DNA of 64,000 nucleotides from Octopus vulgaris (GCA_951406725.2 OX597830.1:32860001-32924000), one strand, 5' to 3'; positions 13,775-27,415 are shown, numbered from the stretch's first letter. The notes: generated by a model from the sequence alone, not told the origin. Numbers and translations are program-made.

Positions 13775-14185
13775 TTTTAGTTTTATTTGGCTTAGGTTTG
13801 GACTTATTCCTGGTAGGAATGATATGGATAGCGGGTTACTACCTGTAACTGTAAGTATCCACAAGTTTTCAACTGTCTTTCTAGTACTTAGGCCCCTCCT
13901 GATAATCGTTGCTGTCTCTAAGAGACAAGCTTTCTCTGGGAGCTCTACTGGGCATTCTCTTTCAATCTCTTTCTCCCATTTGTCTATATCTTTGTTTACT
14001 GTTCCCAACACACCAATTATTATAGCCACGACCTTTACTGTCAATATGCTTCAAATTCTTCCAACTTCAAATTTTAAGGATCTTATTTTCTTTCATTTTC
14101 TTCCTCTTTCTTTATGACCCTGAAATCAAACGGGCATGATGGGTCGATAAGTAAACAACTGTGCATTTCTTTATCTATAACTGTT
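13775..14185 (-). mobile_element. R4/Dong-like LINE 3' fragment
   Basis: VKVVAIIIGVLGTV...KACLLETATIIRRGL; upstream CLLIDPSCPFD. Confidence 0.8.
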
Positions 14186-14699
14186 TATTATTACTTCCAC
14201 CATAGTGAAGATGGAGGTATTATTTTCAGTCGTACCCGATCGATCCCAATGGTAGTTATGAAATGTGAAGGTAGGTGTGTGGGCCATGTTTGTATTGCTG
14301 TGTGTGTGTTGCTCGCAGTGGGAACACGGACAGTTTTCTATATGAAGGCCTTTTTTAGTCTATCTACTGATATAAAGTCTTTACGACCATTAAGGTCTAC
14401 AGTGAAAAATTTATCTGTACAGGAAAGAAAATGGAAAGAACCTGCATAAAGTGTTGTTAACGGAGGTTTAACAACATTGTTAAGCACAAAAGCGTGAGTC
14501 CAAGAAGTAAACCTTCCTTCAAGGCAGAACTAGAAATGCAATTGTCAAGTAGGTAAGAAGTTTTAAACCAGAGCGACATATTCAAAATTGGTAAAACTAG
14601 AAATTGTTGAGGATGAATTGAATATGTTAGTGTTATTTAATTTCTGAATGATTTTGTTGCCGTTTGTTTATGTAGTTTGATTTCTTTATTCATCAGTTT

Positions 14700-15082
14700 C
14701 TACTAAGATAGAGATGCGAGTAAAATTAATAATAGAGAAATGAAAATAAAACTTTGGAAACAGCAACACCACCATAACTTATACATGGAAACTATGATTG
14801 TGCTTTCAAGGGAGATAATGAGAGAAAGACATGAAAGTCAATGTAAGATTGTAATACTTCATGTAAAATAAAGTAAATATAACAAATAATCCAAAATCCT
14901 TGCCCGGTACCGGATCAATCCCAAAATCTAATCAGTTCATGCCAGTCACAAGGCCAAACATCCCTGAAAGTTTCATCCAAATCCATCATGGTGGTTCTTG
15001 AGATATCTTGTCCATAGACAAACAAACGAAAAAAACACGACTGAAAACAATACCTCCACCTTAGCGAAGGTGGATGTAATAA
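14700..15082 (-). mobile_element. Second HINE copy (5' part clear, other boundary uncertain)
   Basis: 14885-15082 is the reverse complement of roughly 7684-7890. Confidence 0.7.
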
Positions 15083-15094
15083 TAAAGATAGACT

Positions 15095-15385
15095 CTCCTG
15101 TCAGTGATGGTGTATAAGAGTTCAGCTACTGCCAAACGACCTGCACAAATGATTTATTTATGATGATCAGATGTATGTGTTGTACAATTAGCTCACTCCC
15201 TCCATCAAATTGACACAGTCTGAACAGTTAAACAGTGTACCACATGTCAGATGCCAAAGTGATCACAAAACAATGTGAGATGAAGTGCTTTGCTCAAGAA
15301 CACAACACACCACCCAGTCTAGGATTGAAATCCTGATCTCTAGTTCATTAGTGCAACACCCTAACCACTAAGCCATGTGCTCCAG
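15095..15385 (-). mobile_element. SINE group D (tRNA head plus CORE-like segment)
   Basis: Minus strand catggcttagtggttagggtg...tgtgttcttgagcaaagcacttcat. Confidence 0.7.
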
Positions 15386-15401
15386 TGCTGATAATAATAA
15401 A

Positions 15402-15961
15402 TGCCCTGATGCGGTACCAGGCAGTGGCTCTCATGGCTTTTGATCTTAACTGATTGAAAGCATTATTAACAAAATGCTTTATCTTTGTATAAAAGATGGG
15501 CTGCAGCATATATTCTGCTCAGTACCACAGATTTGTTCTGTCAGTTGCTTGACCTTAACCGGTCGAGCATGTCCCTAAGTGGCTTAAAATATGGGCATCT
15601 CTAATCTCAAGCAGAAGTAGTAGGGAGGCATCTTAGGCACATGTTGAGAGGGATTTTTCAGGGTTTCAATAATTCACTTTTGGAAACATGAGTTTTTCAT
15701 AAATCATTTTTAAGCAATGCCTTATTCAGGATCCTTTTGAGCAGTAAGGGCTACACAACTTGAAGAAAAAATTCTAACTGGGCCCCCACCTGCAAGATCA
15801 CGTAGGGTTTATCTTGATATGAGATCACCACATCATGCACATGTGGTTGTAATGCATGTGCCTAGTGTACCCTTATTGGACGGGTAGTTATGATAGGTAT
15901 ATCAGGTTTCATATATTTGTATCCCCACATCACTTTGATGGTGCATGCTGCTCCCTTGCTC
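15402..15961 (+). mobile_element. Family E non-coding element, apparently full length
   Basis: Same 5' end (ccctgatgc.gtaccaggcagtggctctc) as 43548; embedded in (AAT)n/(AAC)n. Confidence 0.8.
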
Positions 15962-15991
15962 AATAACAACAACAACAACAACAGCAACAAC

Positions 15992-16030
<39 letters not shown>

Positions 16031-16069
16031 CAAATAATAATAGTTTAGTTTGCAATTGAGGTGGTATGT

Positions 16070-16655
16070 AAAAAGTGCTGTGGAACGATTGTTGATGGTT
16101 GTAAAGTAGTCTGGCATTATCAAAACTGATAAGTGTGTTGAGAAAGAGAAATTTAAAAAGGAAGACCAAAAAATGCAAGAAAAAAGAAATGGCATGGAAA
16201 GGAAAAAATGTATGGTCAATTTGCAAGAGATATAAACACAAAGACAGATACAGAAAGCCAATGGTTATGGATGCAGAGGAATGACTTTAATATAGAAATA
16301 GAAGCACTTATATGCATGGCACAAGAACAAGCATTGAGGACAAATTGTATGAAGTGCAGAAATGATAAAACTACTGAGAGCAACAAACGCAGAATGTGTG
16401 GTGAAAGGTGTGACAGAGTGTGGTACATTGTTAGTGAATGCCTGAAACTGACAGAGTGTGAATACAACAGGCAACATGACAACATAGCAAGAATGATCCA
16501 TTGGGAACTTTGCAGAAAATATGGCCTAGAATGATCAAGGACATGATATGACTGAATCTCCAGAAGAGTTACTGATAATGAGGATTACAAAATCCTGTGG
16601 GACACAATGATTCAGTGTGACCATCAGATTAAACATAGGAAACCTGACATTGTTG
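16070..16655 (+). mobile_element. R4/Dong-like LINE fragment (CCHC knuckle region plus start of RLE)
   Basis: MYGQF..WLW..EALICMAQEQALRT..RMCGE..IVSEC..EYNRQHDNIARMIHWELC, then ILWD..IQCDH..RKPDIV. Confidence 0.85.
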
Positions 16656-17027
16656 GTAACTTCTTAAATGAGCCAACATATTTATCAGAAACTTTTGAGA
16701 GCTGAGGCTGCTCACAGAATGGAACTACAGCATCTTACTTCCATGATGGCTACATACAGCTAGCCAAAGAGAGCTTAAAATCTTCGACCATGAATGCAAA
16801 GAGGTGACAGAGATATGAACCACTGACCACTTGATTTGTCATCAACTACACTAGCACCTGTGCAATTGGCATTCTCAAAGAGAAATAAAACCAATATAAT
16901 AATTAATATATTTTTGGTAAGTATAGCAGAGTTGACTGATTTAATTCATACTTAATTTTTTGTTTAGCTATTTTTCATTTTTTTTTGTTGCTCTTCCTTC
17001 TTTACACATCTCATTTTTTAATGTATT

Positions 17028-17144
<117 letters not shown>

Positions 17145-17601
17145 GTATATATATATATCAATATATTTATATTTATATTTTTTCTTAGCATTTATCAAAG
17201 AGGAAGATGGAGGTTAATTCACTTTACCTATTCAACCTAGAGACTAATTGAGTGAATATTTAAGTTCTAGCTCTTAACATCTTTATTATTACAAGGCAAT
17301 GTTTGCCCAATAATCTTCACAAGATAAATATGATTTTTCAATGGACGCTTCATAACAAATCTTCAGCATAACACCTCAGATTCTCCCGGCACTGTACAGC
17401 CTCTTCCTTCCAAAACCAAAAATGGTAAATAGTAGCAGTAGGAGGACGAGCAGGAGGAAGCGGGAGAGAGAGAGAGAGAGAGAGAGAAAAAAAAATAAAA
17501 GGAAAACGGAAAGGAAAAAGCATAACAAAACAAACAAATAAACAAAGAAAACAAACCAAGAAACAAAATATTATAAGTGTACGTATATATACACACATAT
17601 A

Positions 17602-17642
<41 letters not shown>

Positions 17643-17698
17643 GCATATATGTATATATGTATATATATATATACATTTATATATACATACATATATAC

Positions 17699-17745
<47 letters not shown>

Positions 17746-18164
17746 CGTATATTTATAAAATGATAAACATAGAGCAAAAGAAAGCAAAAAACAAAGCAAT
17801 AACTATAACAACACGAACAACATCAATGATTATAGAGATTGAAGCAACATTCATCAATAAAGATATTGGTTTTGGAGATTCTTATCCTGCCATTTTAATT
17901 TTCCAAAACTTATTATTACATACTTACAGGCCACCTATATATACATCTATATACATACATATACATATATATATATATACACATACACACACACATATAT
18001 ATATATAGTATGTATATCCAGTTTATATAATATAAAATATACTGTATACATATATATATAAAAAATAATTCATATATTTTATATACATATATACATATAA
18101 TATATATGCATATAAGTATACAGAGATGTGTATATATATCTATATATATGTTTATGTACATGTG

Positions 18165-18210
<46 letters not shown>

Positions 18211-19798
18211 TATAGACACACATTTATGCACTTATATACACAGACCTGCTCATACACACATCTATATAATATACATATAAGTTTATATTTATAAATTTAT
18301 ATGTATATATATGTATATATATGTGTGTGTGTGTATATGGAAGACTTTTTATCATCGCGATATTTAATATAAACAGTTTAGTTTGAATGCATGTATGTAC
18401 ATTCATTTATGTGTAATATAAGCCTATATCTAACTGAAGTGAAGATATATGTGTGAGTGTGTGTGCATGCGTGTATGTGTGTGTATGTGTGTGTATAATG
18501 TTACCTTATCAATCTTTGTGTTTACCTTGAGATCAAAAGCAAATCCACTTGGCCCATTATATTTAGTTAGAGTCCATTGAACATACATCATTCAATTAAT
18601 ATATATATAATATCCTGATAGCTTTCCTGTTGAACATTTGAATTTTAATATTCTATGAGAAAAGATATATGTAAGCGTGGGGTGTGTGAGAGTGCATGTG
18701 TGGGTGTCTAGATGCATTAAAAGGTTAATAAATAACTAAATTTGGGTGTGAGTGTGTGTGTGTATAATATGTATATATATATATGTAATATACATATATA
18801 TATGTGTGTGCATTCATATATACATCCATACACAGATATGCATATACCTAAATGGACAAATACACACGCGCAATTTATATTCATACATACATATATATAG
18901 TTTTTAGCCTTTTAATAATTTAGGTGTGAGACATTGGATGAATATTTATATATATATATATTTATATATGCATATATATGTATGTATATATATGCATATA
19001 TATATATATGTTTATATGTATGCATATATGTAGACATAGATATGTATATATGTATATATATATATGTATATATAGACATATATATATAGACGTATATATA
19101 TATATATAGGTATGTATATATAATATTATTAATGTTTTTCTTGTTATTATTAGCAATATCTTCAAACAAAAATCCAGAGCAAATGAATCTCCTTCATAAC
19201 ACGAACCTTCCCTTTTTGGATTGATCAACTCAATCTAAGATTAGTTTATTGTGGCTGCCGATGTTTTTGTTGTTGTTGTCGTTGTTGTTGGCGGTGGTGG
19301 TGTGATGGTGGTATTATTTTTGCTTGTTTATTTGTTTACAAGATCTTCGCTATGTCATAGTGACCTAAGAATTGAAGTATCCAACCCGCTAACCAGCCAG
19401 TCCACTACTAATGTAACCAATCAGCAAGTAATAGGAATACCCAGGTAACTCCTTAACTAATCAGCAAACAAACCAGGTTTCCATTTAATCAACCAATCAA
19501 GAAGCCAAACGAAAATAAATATTTAATTATCTAAACGACCAATTAGCAAACATTCAATAAACCGTTCAACATTTCAGATGTTTATATCTTATAAAAGTTT
19601 TAAATCTTTTCCTTCTCTCCTCTCTATATATTTTCAGCTCATTTCTCTTATCTCATATTTTTTCAAACTCTAGAGAGTCTTTCATTACCTTCAATTTAAT
19701 TGTCTTTTTAACCATTTAACATTCACATTATACTCTCAAAACTAATGCTTATTTATTCACACAGTTTTGAATTAATCATGCATTATCCTATTATATCA

Positions 19799-20102
19799 TG
19801 GCCCAGTGGTTAGAGCAGCGGACTCGCGGTCAGAGGATCACGGTTTCAATTCCCAGACTGGGCGTTGTGTGTGTTTATTGAGCGAAAACACCTAAAACTC
19901 CATGAGGCTCCGGCAGTGGGTGGTGGCGACCCCTGTCGTACTCTTTTGCCCCAACTTTCTCTCACTCTTTCTTCCTGCTTCTTGAGTAATGCTGCGATGG
20001 ACTGGCATCCTGTCCAGCTGGGGGGAACACATACACCACAGAAACCGGGAAACTGGGTCCATGAGCCTGGCTAGGCTTGAAAAGGGTGCATAAATAAAAA
20101 TA
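19799..20102 (+). mobile_element. SINE group D with V-SINE-like gcgatggactggc tail
   Basis: A-box tggcccagtgg; TSD atcctatt(a/g)tatca at 19785-19798 and 20103-20116. Confidence 0.8.
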
Positions 20103-20239
20103 ATCCTATTGTATCAAGATGTCAATGATGTGATTATTACTTTTGGAGAATGATATCATATGGTTGATGTGAGAGGCTGGATATGGCCAGTTTCAACATA
20201 AAACAGGTAGAATATTTTGGTAGGTTATGGTTGGTTTAA

Positions 20240-20461
20240 CTCTTTTGTTACCATATTCTTGTTGAGATGTTCTGTGTTTCTTTCAATTAATTTTAAATAT
20301 AACAAAGAATTTAGTAAAATAACTTAGTAATCATTAAGCTTGTGTTAGGAACATAAATTTTGATTAAGATCTAGTGGAAGATTTTAATTCAGAACTTTTG
20401 AAAACAAGACATTCGTACTACAGACCCAGAGGTGGTTTCAGCCAGGTTGGTATCAAAAGGG
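20240..20461. mobile_element. Inner piggyBac-type MITE (same family as 1011-1232)
   Basis: TTAA at 20236-20239 and 20462-20465; inverted homolog of 1011-1232. Confidence 0.8.
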
Positions 20462-20966
20462 TTAAATGCTAAAGGGTTAAAATACCCAATACTTTTATTC
20501 TTTTCCCAGCCATGCCCATTGCAACTACTTTTACTGTCTTTCAGTCTTTCTCTCCCGTTTCCTTAGCTCCCACCAGCTTGTTTCTTGCATTGTGTCATTG
20601 CCTGCTTTCTTTCTTTTTATCTTCTTTTAGTTAGTTTTAGTCTTATCATGAGTTTTCAGTCCAACCTTCAACTTATATGAACTTAAAGAGTTCCTATCTA
20701 GTGCCCTAATTGCACATAGTTGTGTTTTGGTACACAAGAGAAATTAGTATCACAAGTTACTATAAAATTTGAAATCTTGTGAAATGAGGTAGATTCATTT
20801 TTATTGATGTTTGGAACTTCTCTCATGTATTTCAGCTCCCCTTAAACCACAGAGTTTCCTGTGTTGGTAAGAAATAGTCATTAGTTAAAACCAAAATTTT
20901 TTAATCAGATGTGGCAGGGAAAATCACTCTTGTGAGATATTTGTGTGTTTGTTGAAAAGATATAAA

Positions 20967-21345
20967 TAATAATAATAATAATGAAATTATTGCATATAGT
21001 GCTCAAGTGCACCATAACTTGTCAAAAGTGCATATAAAGCATATGCAGTAATGTACAAATGTCTGGAAAGTGAACAGTGTATGAGTCAGATACATGCTTG
21101 CATGTGTATGGAGGGGAGAAAATCAGGTGTAGTGTTGGCGAATCTCAGGAAGCATGGAAGTTTTGAAGGATGCAGTGGTCTGACAACTGACAACTGATGC
21201 CGGCAGTTTGTTCCATACTTCAGCAACTCTTAGTGTGAAAAAATGTTTCCGAAAGTCATAGGAGCTGTGCTGTTTTCTGACTTTGTAAACATGTCCATGG
21301 GTGTTAGACAGGTGGAGTTTGAAAAGGTGCTCAGAGTTACTGAGC
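20967..21345 (-). mobile_element. CR1-clade LINE 3' end
   Basis: NTHGHVYKVRKQHSSYDFRKHFFTLRVAEVWNKLPASVV motif; (ATT)n tail. Confidence 0.85.
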
Positions 21346-21549
21346 AAGAGTGAGAGACAGAAAAATGTTTATACGTACATTCATAAAATAAAAGAACCTG
21401 AAAGAAAATAATTAAAAGCTGCAAACAGAAAAGTGTGAGATAAGAGGAAAAATTTCTTTTAATTCTTGAGAACATATCTGGATGAAAGACAAAAGCAAAA
21501 ATAGAAATAGTAGTAGTAGTAGTAGTAGTAGCAAGCAGCAGTAGTTGCA

Positions 21550-21770
21550 GTGGTTTCAAATTTTGGCACAAGGCAACTGTTATCAAAGAAGTGGGGGCTA
21601 AGGCAATTACATCAACTCCAGTTACCCAGCTGGTTCTTATTTTATTGACCCTGAAAGGATGAAAAACAAAGTCAATGTCAGCATAATTTGAACTCTGAAC
21701 GTAGAGACCGATGATATGCCACAAAGCATTTTGCCTGGAATGCTAACGATTCCGCCAGCTCACTGCCTTA
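21550..21770 (-). mobile_element. SINE family C
   Basis: Near twin of 13370-13588. Confidence 0.8.
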
Positions 21771-22797
21771 AAATTATAAAATGAAAGCAAGAAGAGAAAT
21801 GCTAAATCATTGAAAATGTAAAATCGGTATGAGTTAAAGTTGAATACATGTTCATAATGGAACATGTATTCACTGCTTAATTAAGTACAGACACATTTCA
21901 AGAGAAACAAGTTAATTTTAAATCTCTTTTAACTATACCATTTAATTGTGGCTCTTATTATCTTCTTAATCTGTCAGTCATTTTTTTTTCTTTCTACCAT
22001 ATTACATTAGTTAAATTTGCAAACTTTTTAACTACTTTTATTTCTTATCACGAGCTTATTGTAGCACATATATACATGTATATGTGTGAATGTGTGTGTG
22101 CATACAAACACGCAGTCAAGCTTATTCATACATAACTACATATATGCACTCACACAGATACACATGCAGATATAATTACAAGCTCAACTTACACATACAA
22201 TCACACTTTACATTAATTGGTTAGCTATCATCCTAGTTGAATAATAGACAAATATTTTTGGAATGGACATAGACACCTATTATGTAGATTTTAGTGTTGG
22301 CAAAATTGTTGCCTTGATGGTCACAAATTTGTTTTTGTTAGAATATCCAAGTTTGACAAAATCTTATGTTTTAGCTGACATGTCTGAAATCTGTCATGTT
22401 AAAATACTTTTAGCATTTAACCATTTCTGTCTTTTCTAACATCATTCATCTGATTATTCATTTTAAAATTTATATTTAATCTTTGGTTCCGGAATTGCTC
22501 AGGTTTTTTCTTTATTTATCTATAAGTCCTGGAGTAATTTTTACCCCTTCTTTTGCCTAAAACTCCTGAAACAGCAGTTGGAAAAAGTTTGTTCTAATTT
22601 TGGCACAGAGCAATTAATTTTGAGAGGTGGATGTGATTATATCAATCCCAGTTGTTGACTGGTACTTTACTTTATTGAATCTGGAAGGACAAAAGGTGTG
22701 GTTAACTTTGATTTGATTTGAAAACAAAATTTAAAGAACTGTCACTAAGCATTTTCTATGATGTTCTTGTGATTTAGCCAGCTTGCCATTTTGCTGT

Positions 22798-23082
22798 TGG
22801 CCTCAGGCAAACCAAAGCCTTGTGAGTGGATTTGGTAGACGGAAACTGAAAGAAGCCCATCCTATTTATGTATATATATTTGTATGTCTGTGTTTGTCCC
22901 CCCAACATCGCTTGACAATCGATGGTGGTGTGTTTACTTTCCCATAACTTAGTGGTTCAGCAAAAGAGACTGATAGAATAAGTACTAGGCTTCCAAAGAA
23001 TAAGTCCCGGGGACGATTTGTTCGACTAAAGGTGGTGCTCCAGCATGGCCACAGTCAAATGACTGAAACAAGTAAAAGAGTA
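22798..23082 (+). mobile_element. SINE B, 5'-truncated
   Basis: ccttgtgagtggatttggtagacggaaactg...tgactgaaacaagtaaaagag. Confidence 0.85.
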
Positions 23083-23324
23083 TAGGAAGTTGAGGCATTC
23101 ATACCTCTACCAAGAGTACTGAAGAAATCCCTATTAAGAATGAAAATAGCTTAACAAACCTGAGCACTAAGTGTACCAAAAAACATACTAGGAGCAAAAG
23201 TTGTTGTTCCTGCTGTTTCTTAGATCTAATTCAGCCTTGATGAAGTTAATCTAATTTTTAAAAGACATTTCAGCAGTGACCATCCTGTTTTTGTTTTTTT
23301 TTTTACCTGTATGGGTGAGTTTAT

Positions 23325-23698
23325 TCTCTTTTACTTGTTTCAGTCATTTGACTGCAGCCATGCTGGAGCACCACATTTAGTTGAGCAAATCGACGCCAGG
23401 ACTTATTCTTATCTATTGATCTCTCTTGCTGAACCGCTAAGTGATGGGGACGTAAACACATTAGCATTGGTTGTCAAATGATGTTGGAGTGACAAACACA
23501 GAGACACAAACATATACATACACACACATATATATGTATATATGATGGGCATCTTTCAGTTTCCATCTACCAAATCCACTCACAAGGCTTTGGTTGGCCC
23601 GAGGCTATAATAGAAGACACTTGCCCAAGGTGCCACTCAGTGGGACTGAACCCAGAACCATGTGGTTAGTAAGCAAACTACATACCACACAGCCACTT
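23325..23698 (-). mobile_element. SINE B, near full length
   Basis: Reverse-complement match to 58630-59048. Confidence 0.85.
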
Positions 23699-25364
23699 CA
23701 TTATTCAACATGTTTATTTTTAAGATAGATAGCCATGATCTGAGAGAGATTATTTGACTGCTATTTTTAGCAGACTGATTAGTCACAACAAGACTCTGTA
23801 AATGGCTTGAGAAGTAAAGCTATCTTATTTTGGTAGTGGTGTTGTTCTTGTCCTTTAGCATTGGATCTTGTTGATTAGCCTTTGACTGTATACTTTTAAA
23901 GATGTTCCATCCATGACCCTCCTGTATTTTTCTACACCAAGTATTAAATTACCGAGTTCTTCAATTTTATTTTCACGATTGTAGGCCATGGTTTTTGCTG
24001 CTATATTTAGCTGTTTAAACAATTTGATTGAATGTAATGTACCAGTCAAGTAAAGAATCTAGTAGCAAACTCTATTTAAAACTATATATAATATTATCTA
24101 CCAAGAATTAAAACATGCTGTGTTCCAGACTTGTCCGACCATTAATAGCAATAGCATGGAAATATGTACATTAAAGCAACAATGGAGATAATGAGGATGT
24201 ACCAGACACCTTTCATAAATTCATAATAAAATAAATTGATGTACCAGTGCACCTATCATCAAACAATAATAAAATAAATAATATGAGAGTAATTAAAAAT
24301 AACGTTTTAAGATTAACTTTTGATTTTCGATGTTGTTTTGATTTGAAATTTAATTAATAGATCAACAGATAATAATGAAGGATTGCCAAATAATTGTCAA
24401 GAGATGAAAGCTACCAACTCTGCTGTTATGTACTTGACCATGAATTCCTTCCTTAATTATCAAAACAACCAGTTTAATGTTAACAAAGTAACAGTACACA
24501 AACTCATATTTGTATATAGACATTAATAAACCATGTTTTCTTTTGTCTTTTGAAACAAGTACAAGTAGTGTTTTCTCTGTTTGTTCTCCTCAAAGACATC
24601 GTTTTGCTTTTAGCATTTATCATAAGCAGAGAAAGCAACATTGAATTATTTATTTATTTATTCATGCAGTTGATGCCTGACATATCAAGTTTAATTTCAT
24701 TTCCAATCAAATGATCAATGTAATATAGCTTACTTTTGTGTTAAATTTCTCAAACAATGACAGATTCCATTTATAAAGTGTCTGCTACTCAACTCGCTAA
24801 CATAACTCGATCCTAAGAATGTTGTTAAGTTTACACTGTCATTCTATTAAGCTTGGACATAGTGAGTCCATTAAGAAAAGATTTGTTAATCAGATAGTTT
24901 TACAGTTCAAATTGAGAAATGGTTTACTGTACCCAGTGTTAATATAGCAAACTGGTGAATCTGGTAACCTAGAATAATTTCGTCTGAGCAATTACATATA
25001 TCATATACAAGTGATGGTTATGTCATTTTCTGATTCCGTATTTCTTTTAGTTATTATTCTTATAATCCTTGTTTTTATATTGAATCTGTTTATCCATGCT
25101 TGAATATGTTAAGTAGAATATACAATGTTTGTAACTCTCAATGTGTTAATTGCATTGAGATTTGCCAGGATTATATATCAACATAGAATTCAAATAGTGT
25201 AGGCTCAACTGTATGGTATAAGAATTTTGATTACCAAACTACGCAGCTTTAGGTTCAGACCCCTGTGTTGCACCTTTCATATGTGTCTGTCTACTACAGC
25301 TCCAGGCTGACCAAAGTGAATGAATTTTGTTGAGAGAAAATGTGTAGAAGCCCATCATACATAC

Positions 25365-25812
25365 ATCATCATCATCATCATCAACATCCTCATCGTCGTC
25401 GTCGTCGTCGTTTTAACGTCTGCTTTCCATGCTAGCATGGGTTGGATGATTTGACTGAGGACTGGCAAACCAGGTGGCTGCATCAGGCTCCAATCTTGAT
25501 CTGCCAGAGTTTCTATTGCTGGATGCCCTTCCTAGTGACAACCACTCCGAGAGTGTAGTGGGTGCTACCGGCACGAGGGCCAGTCAGGCAGTACTGGCAA
25601 CAGCCACACTCAAATGGTGTTTTTTATGGGGCGCCTGCACAGGAGCCAGTCCAGCATCACTGGCAACGACCTCACTCGAATGATTTTTCACGTGCCAGTA
25701 AGGCGACGCTGGTAATGATCACACTCGAATGGTGCTTTTTACGTGCCACCAGCATGGAAGCCAGTTAGCTGCTCTGGCAACAATCACGCTCGGATGGTGC
25801 TCTTAGTGCTCC
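25365..25812 (-). mobile_element. Family A RTE 3' UTR with internal tandem units
   Basis: (CAT)n-tttaacgtctgctttccatgc...; repeated cactc(g/a)aatggtgc/ttttt units. Confidence 0.8.
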
Positions 25813-26186
25813 AATTCATGAATACATACATGAATACATGAATACATATATGCATACATACATACATACATACATACATACATACATACATACATACATA
25901 CATACATACATAAATATATATATGTATATATATTTGTGTATCAGGGCTACCATTGGATTCATGTTAAGAAAAATATCTTAATATTTTAAGAACTTTTCAA
26001 GCTGATCACACAGAAGAATGGTCTTGTCTCCTTTTTTATTCAAAACGGAGATGAAAACGATTCCTCCATCTAACCAGCTTGAAACACTGTTGAGGAAACC
26101 AATGGTAGCACTAATACACTAATACACAAATAAAGAAATTTTACCCACCAATGCAGTTTTGAGCACTCATTCTCATTCAACATTTG

Positions 26187-26229
<43 letters not shown>

Positions 26230-26415
26230 ACCAGACCGGTATACCAGTCTTGTCACTGCTAGATGATAGGGGTTCACTCTCTTGTTTGCAATATATCAGA
26301 CACAAGTTGTGTCATTACCCATCTGGAGGAGATGTCCTTCCTGGGGTCAGAAAAATGGTAGTAATGGAACAGGCATTACTTTCCAGTATTGTTAGAGATC
26401 TTTTAGAGATTTTAA

Positions 26416-26811
<396 letters not shown>

Positions 26812-26812
26812 T

Positions 26813-26847
<35 letters not shown>

Positions 26848-26867
26848 TATATATATATATATATACA

Positions 26868-26901
<34 letters not shown>

Positions 26902-26967
26902 CATACATATATATAGATATATATATGTATGTATGTGTGTGTGCATGTATGTATATATATATATATA

Positions 26968-27415
26968 CGATGGGCTTCTTTCAGTTTCCATCTACGAAAT
27001 CCACTCACAAGGCTTTGGTCGGCCTGAGGCTATAATAGAACATTCTTGCCAAAGGTGCAATGCAGTGGGACTGAACCCAGGACCATGTAGTTGGTAAGCA
27101 AGCTTCTTACTACATAGCCACACACACACGCATGCACACACCCACATACCCACACATCCACACACTCACATATATGTATGTATGTATGTGGATGTGTCTT
27201 TGTGTTAGTGTTTGTCTCCCATCACTGTTTGACAATTGGAATTGGTTTGTTACTAAGCAGCTCAGCAAAAGACTTTAAAAACAAAATACCAGACTTTAAA
27301 AAAACAAAACAAAAAAAAGAACAAATGAAACAAGTACAGGAGTGAATTTGTCCATCTAAACTCAACAAGGTGGTGCCCCAGCATGGCCGAAGTCCAATGA
27401 CTGAAAAACAAGAAA
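26968..27415. mobile_element. SINE B fragments: head on the minus strand (26968-27121) and tail on the plus strand (27190-27415)
   Basis: Matches to the two halves of family B in opposite orientations. Confidence 0.7.

Larger units (their letters stand above)
19712..20476. mobile_element. Outer piggyBac-type MITE carrying two nested insertions
   Basis: TTAA at 19708-19711 and 20477-20480; TIRs ccatttaacat/atgctaaaggg. Confidence 0.7.

Noticed and set aside
15402-15450. Ribozyme at the 5' end of family E (cCTGATG...)
   Set aside because: It reads CTGATGC rather than CTGAnGA, and no stem II-GAAA or HDV pseudoknot could be drawn by eye
21841-21872. 13-bp-arm hairpin tgaatacatgttc/gaacatgtattca
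   Set aside because: Real but short and AT-rich, with no supporting context
23855-24049. 64-aa minus-strand ORF
   Set aside because: No recognisable homology, and the length is within chance expectation
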